The notes: a model not told the origin generated them from the sequence alone. Positions 10,256 through 24,771 are shown, numbered from the stretch's first letter. The stretch is 64,000 bases of DNA from an uncultured Gemmatimonadales bacterium (GCA_963748815.1 CAVVKJ010000006.1:32001-96000), one strand, 5' to 3'. A program made the numbers and translations.

Positions 10256-11122
10256 TCAGACGAGGCGATAGTTCCGGTATTCGAAGAGGCGCGCTCCGGT
10301 CAGGCGTTCGATCACGTCGGAGGCGTAGAACCGGAGGTGCTCCAGCTCGAAGTGCGGCGGTTCGACCACGCGCTCCGGATCCTTGGCGCGCTCGGCGACA
10401 TATCCCTGCGCGACCTTCGGATGCGTGCCGGTGAAGGGCCGGAGCCCCGGAAGCCAGGGCAGCAGCGGACGCTTCGCCTCCCGCTCCGCCGACCAGGGAT
10501 AGATGGTGCGGTTGGTGGCGATCTTGGCCCGCAGCGCCGCGGCCGGCCGGGCCCAACCGTAGTGGAACATCTGCGCGTTGGTCAGGCGGGCCCGCGTCTT
10601 CCGGTTGTCGGGCCCGACCCGGAAGCCCTGCGCGCCCTTGTACGGCCGGAGGTCGAGCGCCGGGTCCAGCCGGAGCGCGCGAATTTCGCGCCGGTACCAG
10701 CGCCGGTTGGTGGCGATGGTGTCGAAATCCCCGTAGAAGTGCAGGTACTTCACCAGCAGCGCCTCGACGTTGGGATCGTCGTCGACCGCCGCCATGGCGG
10801 CCACGAGCTCGGGCCCCCCCTGCTCGTGCAGCACCTCGTCGGCCTGGATGTAGATGCCCCAGGGATGGCTGCACGCGCGCATGGCGCGCAGGGTCTCGTC
10901 GCTCAGCATCCAGTTCTTGCGGGAGACGTCCCAGACACCCTCGACGATTTTGATCTTGGGGTCGTCGATGGACTTGATCAGGTCCAGCGTGCCGTCGTCC
11001 GAGGGCCCGACATTGACGACGACCTCGTCGCAGACCGGGAGGATGGACCGGATGCTCGCCTCGACCGGGAAGTCGTGGCTGATCGCGTTCTTGATGATGG
11101 TGAAGCCGGAGACCCTGACCAT
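10256..11122 (-). CDS. GT-A fold glycosyltransferase (family 2-like)
   Basis: VSGFTIIKNA...SILPVCDEVVVNVGPSDDGT, YIQADEV, FHYGWAR. Confidence 0.82.
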   Translation of the reverse strand: MVRVSGFTIIKNAISHDFPVEASIRSILPVCDEVVVNVGPSDDGTLDLIKSIDDPKIKIVEGVWDVSRKNWMLSDETLRAMRACSHPWGIYIQADEVLHEQGGPELVAAMAAVDDDPNVEALLVKYLHFYGDFDTIATNRRWYRREIRALRLDPALDLRPYKGAQGFRVGPDNRKTRARLTNAQMFHYGWARPAAALRAKIATNRTIYPWSAEREAKRPLLPWLPGLRPFTGTHPKVAQGYVAERAKDPERVVEPPHFELEHLRFYASDVIERLTGARLFEYRNYRLV

Positions 11123-11185
11123 GGCACCTGACGCCGTTGCGGGAAGGGAGAAATCTACCCCGCCCCACGGGTGAATTCCACCGCG

Positions 11186-12162
11186 TCAGGCGCGGCGGCT
11201 GCCTGTCCGGACCACATCCAGCAGCTCCTTGAGGCGGTGCATGTAGGTATGCTCGGCCAGAACGCGGGCGCGGCCGGCACGCGCCACCGCATCGGCGGCG
11301 GCCGGATCCTGCAGCGCCGCCTCGACCAGCGCCCGCATCTCCTCGACCGAGCGGTACACCAGCAGTTCCTTCCGGTCGACGAAATGCCGCTCCAGGTCGC
11401 CACGATAGTCGACCACCTGGGGCACGCCGATGGCCCCGATCTCAAACGTGCGCTGGTTTACCCCGCGTTCCGTCACCGCCGGCTCGGCGTCCGCCGAGCG
11501 GTGGATGTTCACGGCGACGGACGCCCCGGCGTAGGCGCGCACGAAGTTTTCCGTGTCGAGCTGCTCCCCGCGGCAGTAGTCCCGCAGCGAGGTGCGCCGC
11601 CACCCCGGTCCCCAGAGCGCCAGCCCGAACTCCACCAGCTCGCCGAGCAACCGTTCCCGCCGCGGCGTGGCGGTGCCAGCAAAGACAACGTTGGCGCGGT
11701 ACTGGTCGCGCGAGCGCATCGGCTTGTAGACCGAGGGGTCGGCGGCCAGCGGCAGGTAGTGCACCGGACGGTCGGTCACGCCCCCCAGCGCCTCGGCGAC
11801 GTCGGTGCCCGAGGCGAACACCATGTCGTAGGCGGGGAGGGCGTGCTGCACGATGGCGAGGCCGTGCAGGTCGTCGGGGACCCAGTTGACCCAGGTGCCG
11901 GGATGGTCGCGCCGCAGCGTGGTCACCGCCTGGGCGGAAAGCGCCTCCCCCCGCACGACGAGCACGATGTCCGGCGCGATCACTTCCAGCTCCCGGTCGA
12001 GGCGGCTCACCAGGTCGCCACCGCGGAGCCGGGTCAGCAGGCCGGGCCGGGCGTTCAGGTCGAACCGGGTGACGGTCTGGCCGTGGCGCTCCAGCGCCCG
12101 CTCGCGCTGCGCGGCGTGGGCGTTCAGCGCCTCGTCGTAGGCCGCGACCACCAGCACCCGCG

Positions 12163-12166
<4 letters not shown>
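11186..12166 (-). CDS. CgeB-like GT-B glycosyltransferase
   Basis: YLPLAADP, VVFAGT, ALWGPGW, VNQRTFEIGAIG, RVLAEHTYMHR. Confidence 0.8.
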
Positions 12167-13983
<1,817 letters not shown>

Positions 13984-13985
13984 GG

Positions 13986-15551
13986 TCAGGACCGCCGCGG
14001 CGTGAGGAGGGTGATCGGCAGCACGACCTCTTCCGGCGAGACCCCGCCGTGCAGGAAGGCGCCGCGGTAGCGGGCCTGGTACTCGCGCAGCTTGGTGGGA
14101 TAGACGAAGAACCGGTCGCCGGTCGCCAGCAGGAGCCGGGTGCCAGGCGTCCGTGGCGGCAGGCCGAACCGTTCGAGGTCGTCGACCACCAGCGCCGCGT
14201 CGGCGTCCTCGGCGCGGAGGTCCTCGCCGAACTTGTACCGGAGGTGGCTGGTGGTGTCGCGCCGGGCGAAGACGGTGGCCGGGGTGTGGCAGTGGATCGA
14301 GCCGTGGTCGGTGGTCAGCAGCACGGGCACGTTGCGGCGGTCCGCCTCGCGGAGCGCGTCCCAGAGCGGCGAGCGCTCGAACCAGGTGCGCGTCAGGTTG
14401 CGGAGCGCCTGGGTGTCGCGGGCCACCTCGAAGAGCGTCGAGTTCTCCGTGCGGCCGTGCGTCAGCTGGTCGATGAAATTGAAGACGAGCGCCGTCACCC
14501 CGTCCTGCGACAGGTGCGCCGGCAGGCGGCGGAGGAGTCCCTCGCCGTCGGCGGCGGTGAACACCTTCTCGTAGCGGACCGGCACCGCCCGGCCGGTGAG
14601 CTGGAGCAGGTGTTCCTCGAGGAGTTCCGCCTCGTGCGCGTTGAGGCCCGCCTCCTCCTCCGTCTTCCACCACTCGGGGTGCCGCGCCGCGAGTTCGTTC
14701 GGGAAGAGCCCGCTGAAGATCGCGTTCCGGGCGTACGGCGTCGCGGTGGGGAGGATGGAGAAGTAGTGCGCGGTCTCGATGTCGAAGCGGGTGGCCACGA
14801 GCGGCCGGATCATGGCCCACTGGTCGAGGCGCAGGCAGTCCACCACCACGAGCAACGCCTTGCCGTGGGCGTCGAGGGTGGGCCGCACGAACTCCGCGAC
14901 GATGTCCACCGAGAGGGCGGGCCGGTCCTCCTCGGACCCGTCGAGCCAGGCCCCGTAGTGCTTGCCGAGAAACTTGGCGAAGTCGGCGCGGAGCGAGTCC
15001 TGCAGGGTGCGCAGCGCGTCCTGCAGCCCCGGCTCGTCGGCGCGGCCGAGCTTGACCTCCCACTCGGCGAGCTCGACGATCAGCTCGATCCACTCGCGCC
15101 ACGCCATCCCCTCGCCGCGCCGGGTGTCGAGCTCCCGGAACCGGGTGGCGAAGTCGCGGGAGAGCCGCTGCTGGCGGATCCGGTCGCCCTCGAGCAGCCG
15201 GGTGACGACCGAGAGGATCTGGCGGGGATTGACCGGCTTGATGAGGTAGTCGCTGATCTCGGCGCCGATGGCGTCCTTGAGCGTCTCCTGTTCCTCGCTC
15301 TTGGTGACCATCACGACCGGCATCGCGTGGTCCATGGCGCGGATGGCCTGGAAGATCTCGAGTCCGCGGCGGCCCGGCATCTGCTCGTCGAGCAGGACCA
15401 CGCCGTAGGGCTGGCGCTGCAGGAGGACGAGGGCGTCGTCGCCGTGGGGCGACCGGTCCACCTTGAACCCATGCTCCTCGAGGAAGAGGATGTGCGACGT
15501 GAGGCTTTCGACCTCGTCGTCGACCCAGAGGATGCTCTTCGGGCGTGGCAT
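13986..15551 (-). CDS. PorX-like response regulator: REC domain plus PglZ/alkaline-phosphatase-superfamily domain
   Basis: ILWVDDE, LLDEQMPG, VTKSEE, YLIKP. PglZ-type motifs VVDCLRLDQW, ILPTATPYARNAIF, TTDHGS, FLHGGVS. Confidence 0.88.
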   Translation of the reverse strand: MPRPKSILWVDDEVESLTSHILFLEEHGFKVDRSPHGDDALVLLQRQPYGVVLLDEQMPGRRGLEIFQAIRAMDHAMPVVMVTKSEEQETLKDAIGAEISDYLIKPVNPRQILSVVTRLLEGDRIRQQRLSRDFATRFRELDTRRGEGMAWREWIELIVELAEWEVKLGRADEPGLQDALRTLQDSLRADFAKFLGKHYGAWLDGSEEDRPALSVDIVAEFVRPTLDAHGKALLVVVDCLRLDQWAMIRPLVATRFDIETAHYFSILPTATPYARNAIFSGLFPNELAARHPEWWKTEEEAGLNAHEAELLEEHLLQLTGRAVPVRYEKVFTAADGEGLLRRLPAHLSQDGVTALVFNFIDQLTHGRTENSTLFEVARDTQALRNLTRTWFERSPLWDALREADRRNVPVLLTTDHGSIHCHTPATVFARRDTTSHLRYKFGEDLRAEDADAALVVDDLERFGLPPRTPGTRLLLATGDRFFVYPTKLREYQARYRGAFLHGGVSPEEVVLPITLLTPRRS

Positions 15552-15627
15552 GACTCAAACCTAACCGCCGCTCGCGGCGCGGCACAACGCGCTGGCGGCT
15601 CCCGGCGGCGCGGCCTACATTCCCGCC

Positions 15628-16662
15628 GTGCCTCATTCCCGCCCCGACGACGCCCCACGCATCCTCCTGGTGCGATTCAGCTCCATCGGCGACATCCTCC
15701 TGACGACGCCGCTGATTCGCGCCCTCCGAGCGCGCCACCCGGGCGCCCGGATCGACGCGCTCACGAAGGCGCGCTTCACGCCGCTCCTGGCCGACAACCC
15801 CCACCTGGACACCGTGCTGAGCCCCGCCGACGGCGAGCCGCTCTCCGCCCTGGCCGCACGGCTCCGACCGACCCGGTACACCCATCGGCTCGACCTCCAC
15901 GGGAGCATCCGGAGCCGTCAGCTTCGCCTCCTCCTCCCGGGCCGCTGGCGGGGATACCGCAAGCACCGCCTGGCCCGGGGGGTCCTGGTCCTGACCCACC
16001 GCAATCACTACCCCGCGGGCACGCCCCCAGTCCCCGAACGCTATTTCGAGGCGGCGGAGGGTCTCGATGTCCAGCCCGACGGCGGCCCACCGGAGTTCGG
16101 CATCGGAGCGGCCGCAACCGCCGAAGTGGACGCCTACCTGTTCGCGAACGGTGTCGACCCTGAACGCGGCCTCGTGGCACTGGCGCCGGGCGCCGCGCAC
16201 GCCACCAAGCGGTGGCCGGTCGAGCGGTGGTCGTCGCTGGCCGCGTCGTTGGCGGCGACGGGACGCCCCGTCGTCGTGGTTGGCGGGCCCGAGGACCTGC
16301 CCACCGCCAGCGCGGTGGCCGCCGCAGCACCGGGGGCGGTCGTGGCCGCCGGCCAGTTCGGCCTCCAGGGCACCGGCGCCCTGCTGGCCCGGGCCGCGGC
16401 CCTCGTCTCCGGCGACACCGGCGTGATGCACATGGCGACCGGCGTCGGGACGCCGGTGGTGGCGCTCTTCGGTCCGACCGTGGAGGCGTTCGGCTTCTTC
16501 CCGTACCGGGCCCGTGCCACCGTCCTCCAGCGCGATCTCCCCTGCCGGCCGTGCAGCCGGATGGGTGGACCCGCGTGCCCGTTGGGGCACCACGCCTGCC
16601 TGCGGGAGATCACTCCAGACGAGGTCGCCTCCGCACTCGCCGCCCTGCGGGAGGCGAAATGA
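15628..16662 (+). CDS. Glycosyltransferase family 9 (ADP-heptose:LPS heptosyltransferase, WaaF-like)
   Basis: RFSSIGDILLTTP, APGAAHATKRWP, GDTGVMHMA, ALFGPT, C-terminal CRPC...C...C. Confidence 0.92.
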   Translation: MPHSRPDDAPRILLVRFSSIGDILLTTPLIRALRARHPGARIDALTKARFTPLLADNPHLDTVLSPADGEPLSALAARLRPTRYTHRLDLHGSIRSRQLRLLLPGRWRGYRKHRLARGVLVLTHRNHYPAGTPPVPERYFEAAEGLDVQPDGGPPEFGIGAAATAEVDAYLFANGVDPERGLVALAPGAAHATKRWPVERWSSLAASLAATGRPVVVVGGPEDLPTASAVAAAAPGAVVAAGQFGLQGTGALLARAAALVSGDTGVMHMATGVGTPVVALFGPTVEAFGFFPYRARATVLQRDLPCRPCSRMGGPACPLGHHACLREITPDEVASALAALREAK

Positions 16663-17057
16663 CCGACGAAGGCACGCTGGCCCGTCCCTGGGAACCGGCC
16701 GCGGTCGCACTCGCCGACCTCCTGCAGCGAACCGCCCGCGGCTCGAAGCGTGACGGGGTGTTCGCGCTCTGGCTCACGGTGCGGGTGGCGCTCGACTTCG
16801 GCCTCACGCCGCCGCTCCCCGACCGCGCCCGCCGGCGCCGAACCGGCGCCCTCGAGCGGCGCCTCGCGAGCCTGACGGTGCCTGCCCCGCTCCGACGCGC
16901 GCTGACCGCCGCACTGGCGCAACTGCAGGCCGGTGATCCACCCGCCGCGGCACTCGCGCTGACCCAGCTGGTGGCCCCGGTCCGCGACACCCTCGGCGCC
17001 GAAGCGGGCGACGCGATTGCGCTGGCAGCCCGTGTGGCGCGAAGTTCCGTCGCATGA
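16659..17057 (+). CDS. Hypothetical helical protein (132 aa)
   Basis: ATGA overlaps with both neighbours; MTDEGTLARPWEP...GVFALWLTVRVALD. Confidence 0.7.
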   Translation: MTDEGTLARPWEPAAVALADLLQRTARGSKRDGVFALWLTVRVALDFGLTPPLPDRARRRRTGALERRLASLTVPAPLRRALTAALAQLQAGDPPAAALALTQLVAPVRDTLGAEAGDAIALAARVARSSVA

Positions 17058-17771
17058 AGGCCATCATCACCGCCGCAGGGCAGAGCAGCCGCCTCTGGGA
17101 GACCACCGGCCGCGAACCCAAGACCCTCCTGCCCTTCGGGGAGCGGATCGATCCTCGCCGCCATTCTCGGCAACTTCGCGCAGGTGGGCATCCGCGAGTT
17201 CCTCATCGTGACGGGGTACCGCGGCGACCTCATTGCCCAGCATCTCCGCGAGCAGGCCAACTTCGGGATGGCGGTGGAGCTGCTCGACAACCCGGAGTGG
17301 CACCGCGGAAACGGACTCTCGGTGCAGAAGGCGCTGGCCCACCTGGCCCCCGAGGAGCCGGTCATCCTCTCCATGGCGGACCACGTGGTCAGCCCGGCCG
17401 CGCTCGCCGCCGTGCGCGACGGCCCCGCCGGCATGAACCTGCTGCTGGTGGACCCCCGCATCGACGAGTGCTTCGATCTCCCCGACGCCACCAAGGTGCG
17501 CCGCGAGGGCGACCGGATCGCGGACATCGGCAAGGACCTCGCCGACTATGACGTGCTCGACTGTGGCGTCTTTCGGCTCAACCAGCAGTTCCGGGTGGCG
17601 CTGGAGACCGCGCTGGCCCAGGGCCGCGAGGGGATCAGCGACGGGGTGCGCGAACTGGTGGAAGGCCCCGGCTTTGGCACCGTGCTGATACCGGCGGGGG
17701 CCGCCTGGCTCGACATCGACACCCCGGAGAGCTACCAGCACGCCCTCGCCCGGCGCGCCACCTTCGCCTGA
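17054..17771 (+). CDS. NTP-transferase (LicC/IPCT-like cytidylyltransferase), +1 frameshift at ~17147
   Basis: MKAIITAAGQSSRL...PKTLLPFGER joins SILAAILGNFAQVGIREFLIVTGY...GNGLSV...MADH...DCGVF...WLDIDTPE after removing one base. Confidence 0.85.
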
Positions 17772-17784
17772 GGAGCGGCGCCCC

Positions 17785-18921
17785 ATGGCCCGGATCCGCC
17801 TGCTGTTCAAGATCGGCTTCGTCTACCACAAGGCGGCGTTCGACCCGGTCATCGAGCAATTCCTGGCCGACGACCGCTACGACGTCTTCTTCGCGCTCGA
17901 CGAGGAGCGGATCCGGCGGTGGGGAATCTTCAACCTTCCCTACCGGCCGCCCATCGTGGATCAATGGGTGCGCGAGGGCTATCGCTTCACCAGCGAGAAA
18001 CGCGGGTTCGACGTGGTCATCGCGGGGGACACGGTCCGCGACGCCGCCGCGTACGGCCGCACCCTGCTCTGCTTCTTGAACCACGGCACCGGCATCAAGA
18101 CGATCCTCTACCGGAATCTTTCCCACCACAAAGACACGCGGTACCAGATCTACGTGGAGGGCCGCTACCGGGAGGAGAAGATCGTCGAGTCGGGGCAGCT
18201 GGGGCGAAGCGAAGTGCGCGTGGTGGGGCTCCCCAAGCTCGACGGCATTTTCCAGGGCCGGTACGCCGATCGGGCGGGGTTCCTCGCCGGCCGCGGTCTC
18301 GATCCGGCCAAGCCGACCGTCCTCTTTGCGCCCACCTACAAACCGACCTGCCTCTACGACGTGAAGGACGCGATTTTCGAGGCGACGAAGGATCGGTGCA
18401 ACCTGGTGGTCAAGCTGCATCACTACAGCTGGATGGGGAAATACGCCCCGCACGAGCAGCACCGGATCTTCGAGCGCCGGGTGCGCCGCTATCCCCACGC
18501 GCTCCTGGTCCCGATGGAGGAGTACAACATCGTCCCCTGGATGGCCGCGGCCGACACCCTCCTCAGCGAGGCCTCCAGCACGGTCTTCGACTTTCTCGCG
18601 CTGGGAAAGACCGGCATCATCTACGACCTGCCGAGCGACCGACTCAAGCACAGCGACGGGATGCCGCTCCTGGGGGAGGACAACCGCGCCTTCCTGAAGG
18701 ACGCCTTCGTGCACGTGGGCCGCCCCGACGACCTCGGCGACGCCATCCGCCGCGCCCTGGCCCCGACCGACGCCATGCGCGCGGCCCAGGACCGGGAGCG
18801 CGACCACCTCTTCTACCAGCTGGACGGGCGTGCCGCCGAGCGGATGAAGGCGTCGATCGAGCTACTGCTGGAGGAGGGGGGGCATGAAAACGCCCCGGAC
18901 GAGCCGGGGCGTCACCAGTAA
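17785..18921 (+). CDS. CDP-glycerol glycerophosphotransferase (TagB/TagF) family protein
   Basis: LNHGTGIK, VGLPKLD, VLFAPTY, VKLHH, ADTLLSEASSTVFDF, DGRAAER. Confidence 0.85.
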   Translation: MARIRLLFKIGFVYHKAAFDPVIEQFLADDRYDVFFALDEERIRRWGIFNLPYRPPIVDQWVREGYRFTSEKRGFDVVIAGDTVRDAAAYGRTLLCFLNHGTGIKTILYRNLSHHKDTRYQIYVEGRYREEKIVESGQLGRSEVRVVGLPKLDGIFQGRYADRAGFLAGRGLDPAKPTVLFAPTYKPTCLYDVKDAIFEATKDRCNLVVKLHHYSWMGKYAPHEQHRIFERRVRRYPHALLVPMEEYNIVPWMAAADTLLSEASSTVFDFLALGKTGIIYDLPSDRLKHSDGMPLLGEDNRAFLKDAFVHVGRPDDLGDAIRRALAPTDAMRAAQDRERDHLFYQLDGRAAERMKASIELLLEEGGHENAPDEPGRHQ

Positions 18922-18944
18922 ATCGGGGGAACTCCGGCCGGTCA

Positions 18945-19379
18945 TTACCTCATGATGCTGTCGATCGGGACTCCCGAATCGGCGGGCACCACCGGCTGGG
19001 CCGGCACCACCACCGCACCACTCACCTCGACGATCGTCCCCGGCATCCCCGGGGCCTGGCTCACCCGGATCCACATCGGATGCCCGTTCTTGAGCAGGTA
19101 CAGCGCCCTCGCCCCCACGGCATCCTCGGTATCGCTCTCGATCGACCAGCCACCCTGGGGCAGCGTGACCCGGTAGTAGTTGAGCACTTCCGACGGCGTG
19201 CTCTTGCTGCTGAAGGTGATCTGGACGGCGTCCTTGGACCCGGTGCGCGAGACGACCGCGGCCTGGGGCGGGAACGGCAGGAAGGGGAGGGCGTCGGCGG
19301 TGGCGGCGACCTTGTTGGCCGCATCGTCCTTGCAGGCGGCCAGGGCGAGCACGATGAGCGCTAAGTGATGGTATCGCAT
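18945..19379 (-). CDS. Predicted lipoprotein, function unknown
   Basis: Signal peptide with lipobox LAAC (MRYHHLALIVLALAAC). Confidence 0.75.
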   Translation of the reverse strand: MRYHHLALIVLALAACKDDAANKVAATADALPFLPFPPQAAVVSRTGSKDAVQITFSSKSTPSEVLNYYRVTLPQGGWSIESDTEDAVGARALYLLKNGHPMWIRVSQAPGMPGTIVEVSGAVVVPAQPVVPADSGVPIDSIMR

Positions 19380-19388
19380 AGGGGAGGG

Positions 19389-19417
19389 AGAGTAGCGGCG
19401 GGCCCGCCCGCGGTCAA
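19389..19417 (-). promoter_or_regulatory. sigma70-type promoter for the lipoprotein gene
   Basis: TTGACC(19417-19412)-17 nt-TACTCT(19394-19389). Confidence 0.6.
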
Positions 19418-19426
19418 GCGGACGCG

Positions 19427-19455
19427 TTGCCGCGCCGCGCGCCTGCCGCTATGCT
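19427..19455 (+). promoter_or_regulatory. sigma70-type promoter for the yebC-ruv operon
   Basis: TTGCCG(19427-19432)-17 nt-TATGCT(19450-19455). Confidence 0.6.
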
Positions 19456-19486
19456 TGGGGTCTGATTTCTCGCGATGGAGCGGGCC

Positions 19487-20233
19487 ATGGCAGGCCATAG
19501 CAAGTGGAAGCAAATCAAGCGGAAAAAGGCGGTCACGGACTCGCGCCGGGCCTCCTCCTGGACCAAGGTGATCCGGGAAATCACCATCGCCGCCAAGGGC
19601 GGCGGGGGTGATCCCGGCGGCAACCCACGCCTGCGGACCGCCATCGACGCCGCCAAGGCGGTGAACATGCCGGCCGAGAACATCGACCGGGCCGTCAAGA
19701 AGGGCACCGGCGAGCTCGAGGGCGGGAACATCGAGGAGGTGGCGTACGAGGGGTACGGCCCAGGCGGCGCCGCGCTCTTCATCGAGGCCACGACCGACAA
19801 CCCGCACCGCACGGTGGCCGATATCCGCCACGCCTTCAGCCGGAACGCCGGCAATCTCGGCGCCACCAATTCGGTCTCCTGGATGTTCGACCGGAAGGGA
19901 CAGCTCTACATCGACGCGACCGCGCACGGCGAGGAGCGCACGCTCGAGGCGGCGCTCGAGGCCGGCGCGGAAGACCTGGTCCGCGAAGGCGACCAGTTCA
20001 TCGTGTCGACGGCGCCGAACGACATTCACGCGGTGCAGGACGCGATTCGCGCCAAGGGGATCAAGGTCGAGGAGGCCGAGCTCGCCATGGTGCCCAAGAA
20101 CACCGTGAAGGTCGAAGGGAAGGACGTCGAAGCGCTGTTCAAGCTGATCGAGGCCCTCGAGGAGCTCGACGACGTCTCGAAGGTCTTCTCGAACTTCGAC
20201 ATCGACTCCGAAATGGCTGAGGCGGCAGGCTGA
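19487..20233 (+). CDS. yebC: YebC/PmpR family protein
   Basis: MAGHSKWKQIKRKK, NPRLR, YEGYGPGG, LEELDDVSKVFSN; GGAG RBS. Confidence 0.96.
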   Translation: MAGHSKWKQIKRKKAVTDSRRASSWTKVIREITIAAKGGGGDPGGNPRLRTAIDAAKAVNMPAENIDRAVKKGTGELEGGNIEEVAYEGYGPGGAALFIEATTDNPHRTVADIRHAFSRNAGNLGATNSVSWMFDRKGQLYIDATAHGEERTLEAALEAGAEDLVREGDQFIVSTAPNDIHAVQDAIRAKGIKVEEAELAMVPKNTVKVEGKDVEALFKLIEALEELDDVSKVFSNFDIDSEMAEAAG

Positions 20234-20243
20234 CCGGCCGCCC

Positions 20244-20753
20244 GTGATCATCCTCGGCATCGACCCCGGTACCGCGGTCACCGGCTACGGCGTCCTCGAC
20301 TCGGGGCCCGGCACCAGGGTCCGGCTCATCGAGTGCGGCGTGGTGCGGACCCCCGCCCGCGACCCCCTCCCCGTGCGGCTCCGCGCCATCCGCGACGGCA
20401 TGGTCGAGCTCATCGAGCGGCACCGGCCCGACGCCGTCGCCGTCGAGGATGTCTTCTACGGCAAGAACATGCGGACCACCGTGGTGCTCTCCCACGCCCG
20501 GGGGGTGATCCTGCTGACCGCGGAGGAGGCCGGCGTGTCCATCGGCGAGTACCCCCCGGCCCTCGTCAAGAAGGCGGTGGTGGGCAGGGGCGGAGCCGCG
20601 AAGCCGCAGGTCGGCTACATGGTGGCCCAGCTCCTCCGGCTCACCGCCCCGCCGAGTCCCGCCGACGCCGCCGACGGCGTGGCGGTCGCGCTGGCCCACC
20701 ACATCCTCGCCGGAGGCGCGATGGCGCGCTCCCGCCGCGGGCAGGTGGCATGA
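20244..20753 (+). CDS. ruvC: Holliday junction resolvase RuvC
   Basis: ILGIDPG, TGYG, AVEDVF, ARGV, GxGxAxKxQV, DAADG. Confidence 0.96.
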   Translation: MIILGIDPGTAVTGYGVLDSGPGTRVRLIECGVVRTPARDPLPVRLRAIRDGMVELIERHRPDAVAVEDVFYGKNMRTTVVLSHARGVILLTAEEAGVSIGEYPPALVKKAVVGRGGAAKPQVGYMVAQLLRLTAPPSPADAADGVAVALAHHILAGGAMARSRRGQVA

Positions 20754-21355
20754 TCGGCGGAGTCCGCGGGAAGGTCGGGCATCTCGACCTCGACGTGGTG
20801 ACCATCGAGACGGCCGGCGGCGTGTCCTACGAGGTGCTGGTGCCGCTCGGCGTCCTCGGACGGCTCCCCGCCCCCGGCGGCGCGGTGCATCTCTACACCG
20901 AACTGGTGGTGCGGGAAGACGACTGGCTCCTCGTCGGGTTCGACACCGCCCACGAGCGGCTGGTCTTCCGGCGGCTCCTCGGGGCGAGCGGCTTCGGACC
21001 GCGGCTGGCGCTGGCGCTGCTCTCGACCCTCGGCCCCGATCGCGCAGTGCGCGCCATCCTGGGGAACGACCTCGCCGCCCTCGGCAGCGTCTCGGGCATC
21101 GGCAAGAAGAAGGCGGAGCGGCTCGTGCTGGAGCTGCGCGACCGCTTCAAGGACTTGCCGGCCGCCTCGGAACCGTCGGCGGCCCGTCCCGACCAGGCCT
21201 CGGTGAGCGCGCTGACCGGCCTGGGCTACTCGGCGGCCGCCGCCGAGGAGGCGGTGCGCGCGGTGCTGGTCGAGGGCGCCGTCGAGGATACGTCACTCAT
21301 CGTGCGGCGAGCGCTCCAGCGCCTGACCGCCGGCAAGGGAGGAAGTTCCACATGA
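20750..21355 (+). CDS. ruvA: Holliday junction branch migration protein RuvA
   Basis: MIGGVRG, GGVSYEV, VVREDD, GFGPRLAL, GIGKKKAERLVLEL, ALTGLGY. Confidence 0.95.
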   Translation: MIGGVRGKVGHLDLDVVTIETAGGVSYEVLVPLGVLGRLPAPGGAVHLYTELVVREDDWLLVGFDTAHERLVFRRLLGASGFGPRLALALLSTLGPDRAVRAILGNDLAALGSVSGIGKKKAERLVLELRDRFKDLPAASEPSAARPDQASVSALTGLGYSAAAAEEAVRAVLVEGAVEDTSLIVRRALQRLTAGKGGSST

Positions 21356-21525
21356 CCGTGACCGCCCGGACCGCCGAGTGGGAATGCACCCGCTGCGGCT
21401 CCACCAATCGCAAGCTCGTCCCCAGCACCCGGGACGAGGCCACCGATCGTTGCGTCACCTGCCGCGCCAGGCACCGGCTCGAGCCGGGCGAGACGACGGT
21501 TCGCTGGCTGGCGCGAGCCAGCTGA
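21352..21525 (+). CDS. Small zinc-ribbon-like protein (57 aa)
   Basis: [61 protein letters not shown] overlap with the ruvA stop, GGAGG RBS, fills the ruvA-ruvB gap. Confidence 0.8.
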   Translation: MTVTARTAEWECTRCGSTNRKLVPSTRDEATDRCVTCRARHRLEPGETTVRWLARAS

Positions 21526-21541
21526 GGGCCGCCTGAACCCG

Positions 21542-22559
21542 ATGGCCCAGCGCCTCGAAGTCACCACCCCGGACGCGCTCCCCGAGGAAACCGGCGCCGA
21601 AGCCGCCCTCCGCCCGTCCCGGCTCGACGAATTCGTCGGGCAGGAACAGGTCAAGGCGTCGCTGCAGATTGCCATGGACGCGGCGCGCGGACGGGGCGAG
21701 GCGCTCGACCATACCCTCTTCTTCGGCCCCCCCGGCCTCGGCAAGACCACCCTCGCGATGCTGATGGCGCGGGAAATGGGCGTGCAGCTGCGCACCTCGT
21801 CGGGCCCGGTGCTGGAAAAGGCCGGCGACCTGGTCGGCCTGCTGACGACTCTCGGTCCGGGGGACATCCTCTTCATCGACGAAATCCACCGGATGCGCCC
21901 CGCCCTCGAGGAGTTCCTCTACTCGGCGATGGAGGACTTCCGCGTGGATGTGCGCATCGCCGACGGCCCGAACGCGCAGACCATCCCGATGACGCTGGAG
22001 CGGTTCACGCTGGTCGGGGCCACGACGCGATTCGGCCTGCTGACGCCGCCGATGCGGGCGCGGTTCGGGATGGTGGAGCGGCTGAACTTCTACCCGGCGG
22101 AAGACCTCGAGCGGATCGTGACCCGCTCGGCGGCGCTGCTGCAGGTGCCGACCGACGCCGAAGGGGGACTGGAGATCGCGAAGCGCAGCCGGGGCACGCC
22201 GCGGGTGGCCAACCGGTTGCTGCGCCGGGTGCGCGACTTCGCGCAGGTGCGCGCGGAGGGGAAGATCACCGGCCCGGTCGCGCGCGAGGCGCTCTCCCGG
22301 CTCAACGTCGACGAGTTCGGGCTCGACGACATGGACGCGCGCATCCTGACCACGCTCATCGAGAAGTTCTCCGGCGGGCCGGTGGGGCTGAATACGCTGG
22401 CGGTCGCCGTCGGCGAGGACAGCGGGACCCTCGAGGAGGTGTACGAACCGTACCTGATCCAGCAGGGGTTCCTCGAGCGCACGCCGCGCGGCCGCTGCGC
22501 CACCGCCAACGCCTATCGTCGCTTCGGCATCACGCCGCCCCCCGGACAGGCCACGATCT

Positions 22560-22570
<11 letters not shown>
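21542..22570 (+). CDS. ruvB: Holliday junction DNA helicase RuvB
   Basis: [47 protein letters not shown]. Confidence 0.98.
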
Positions 22571-24771
<2,201 letters not shown>

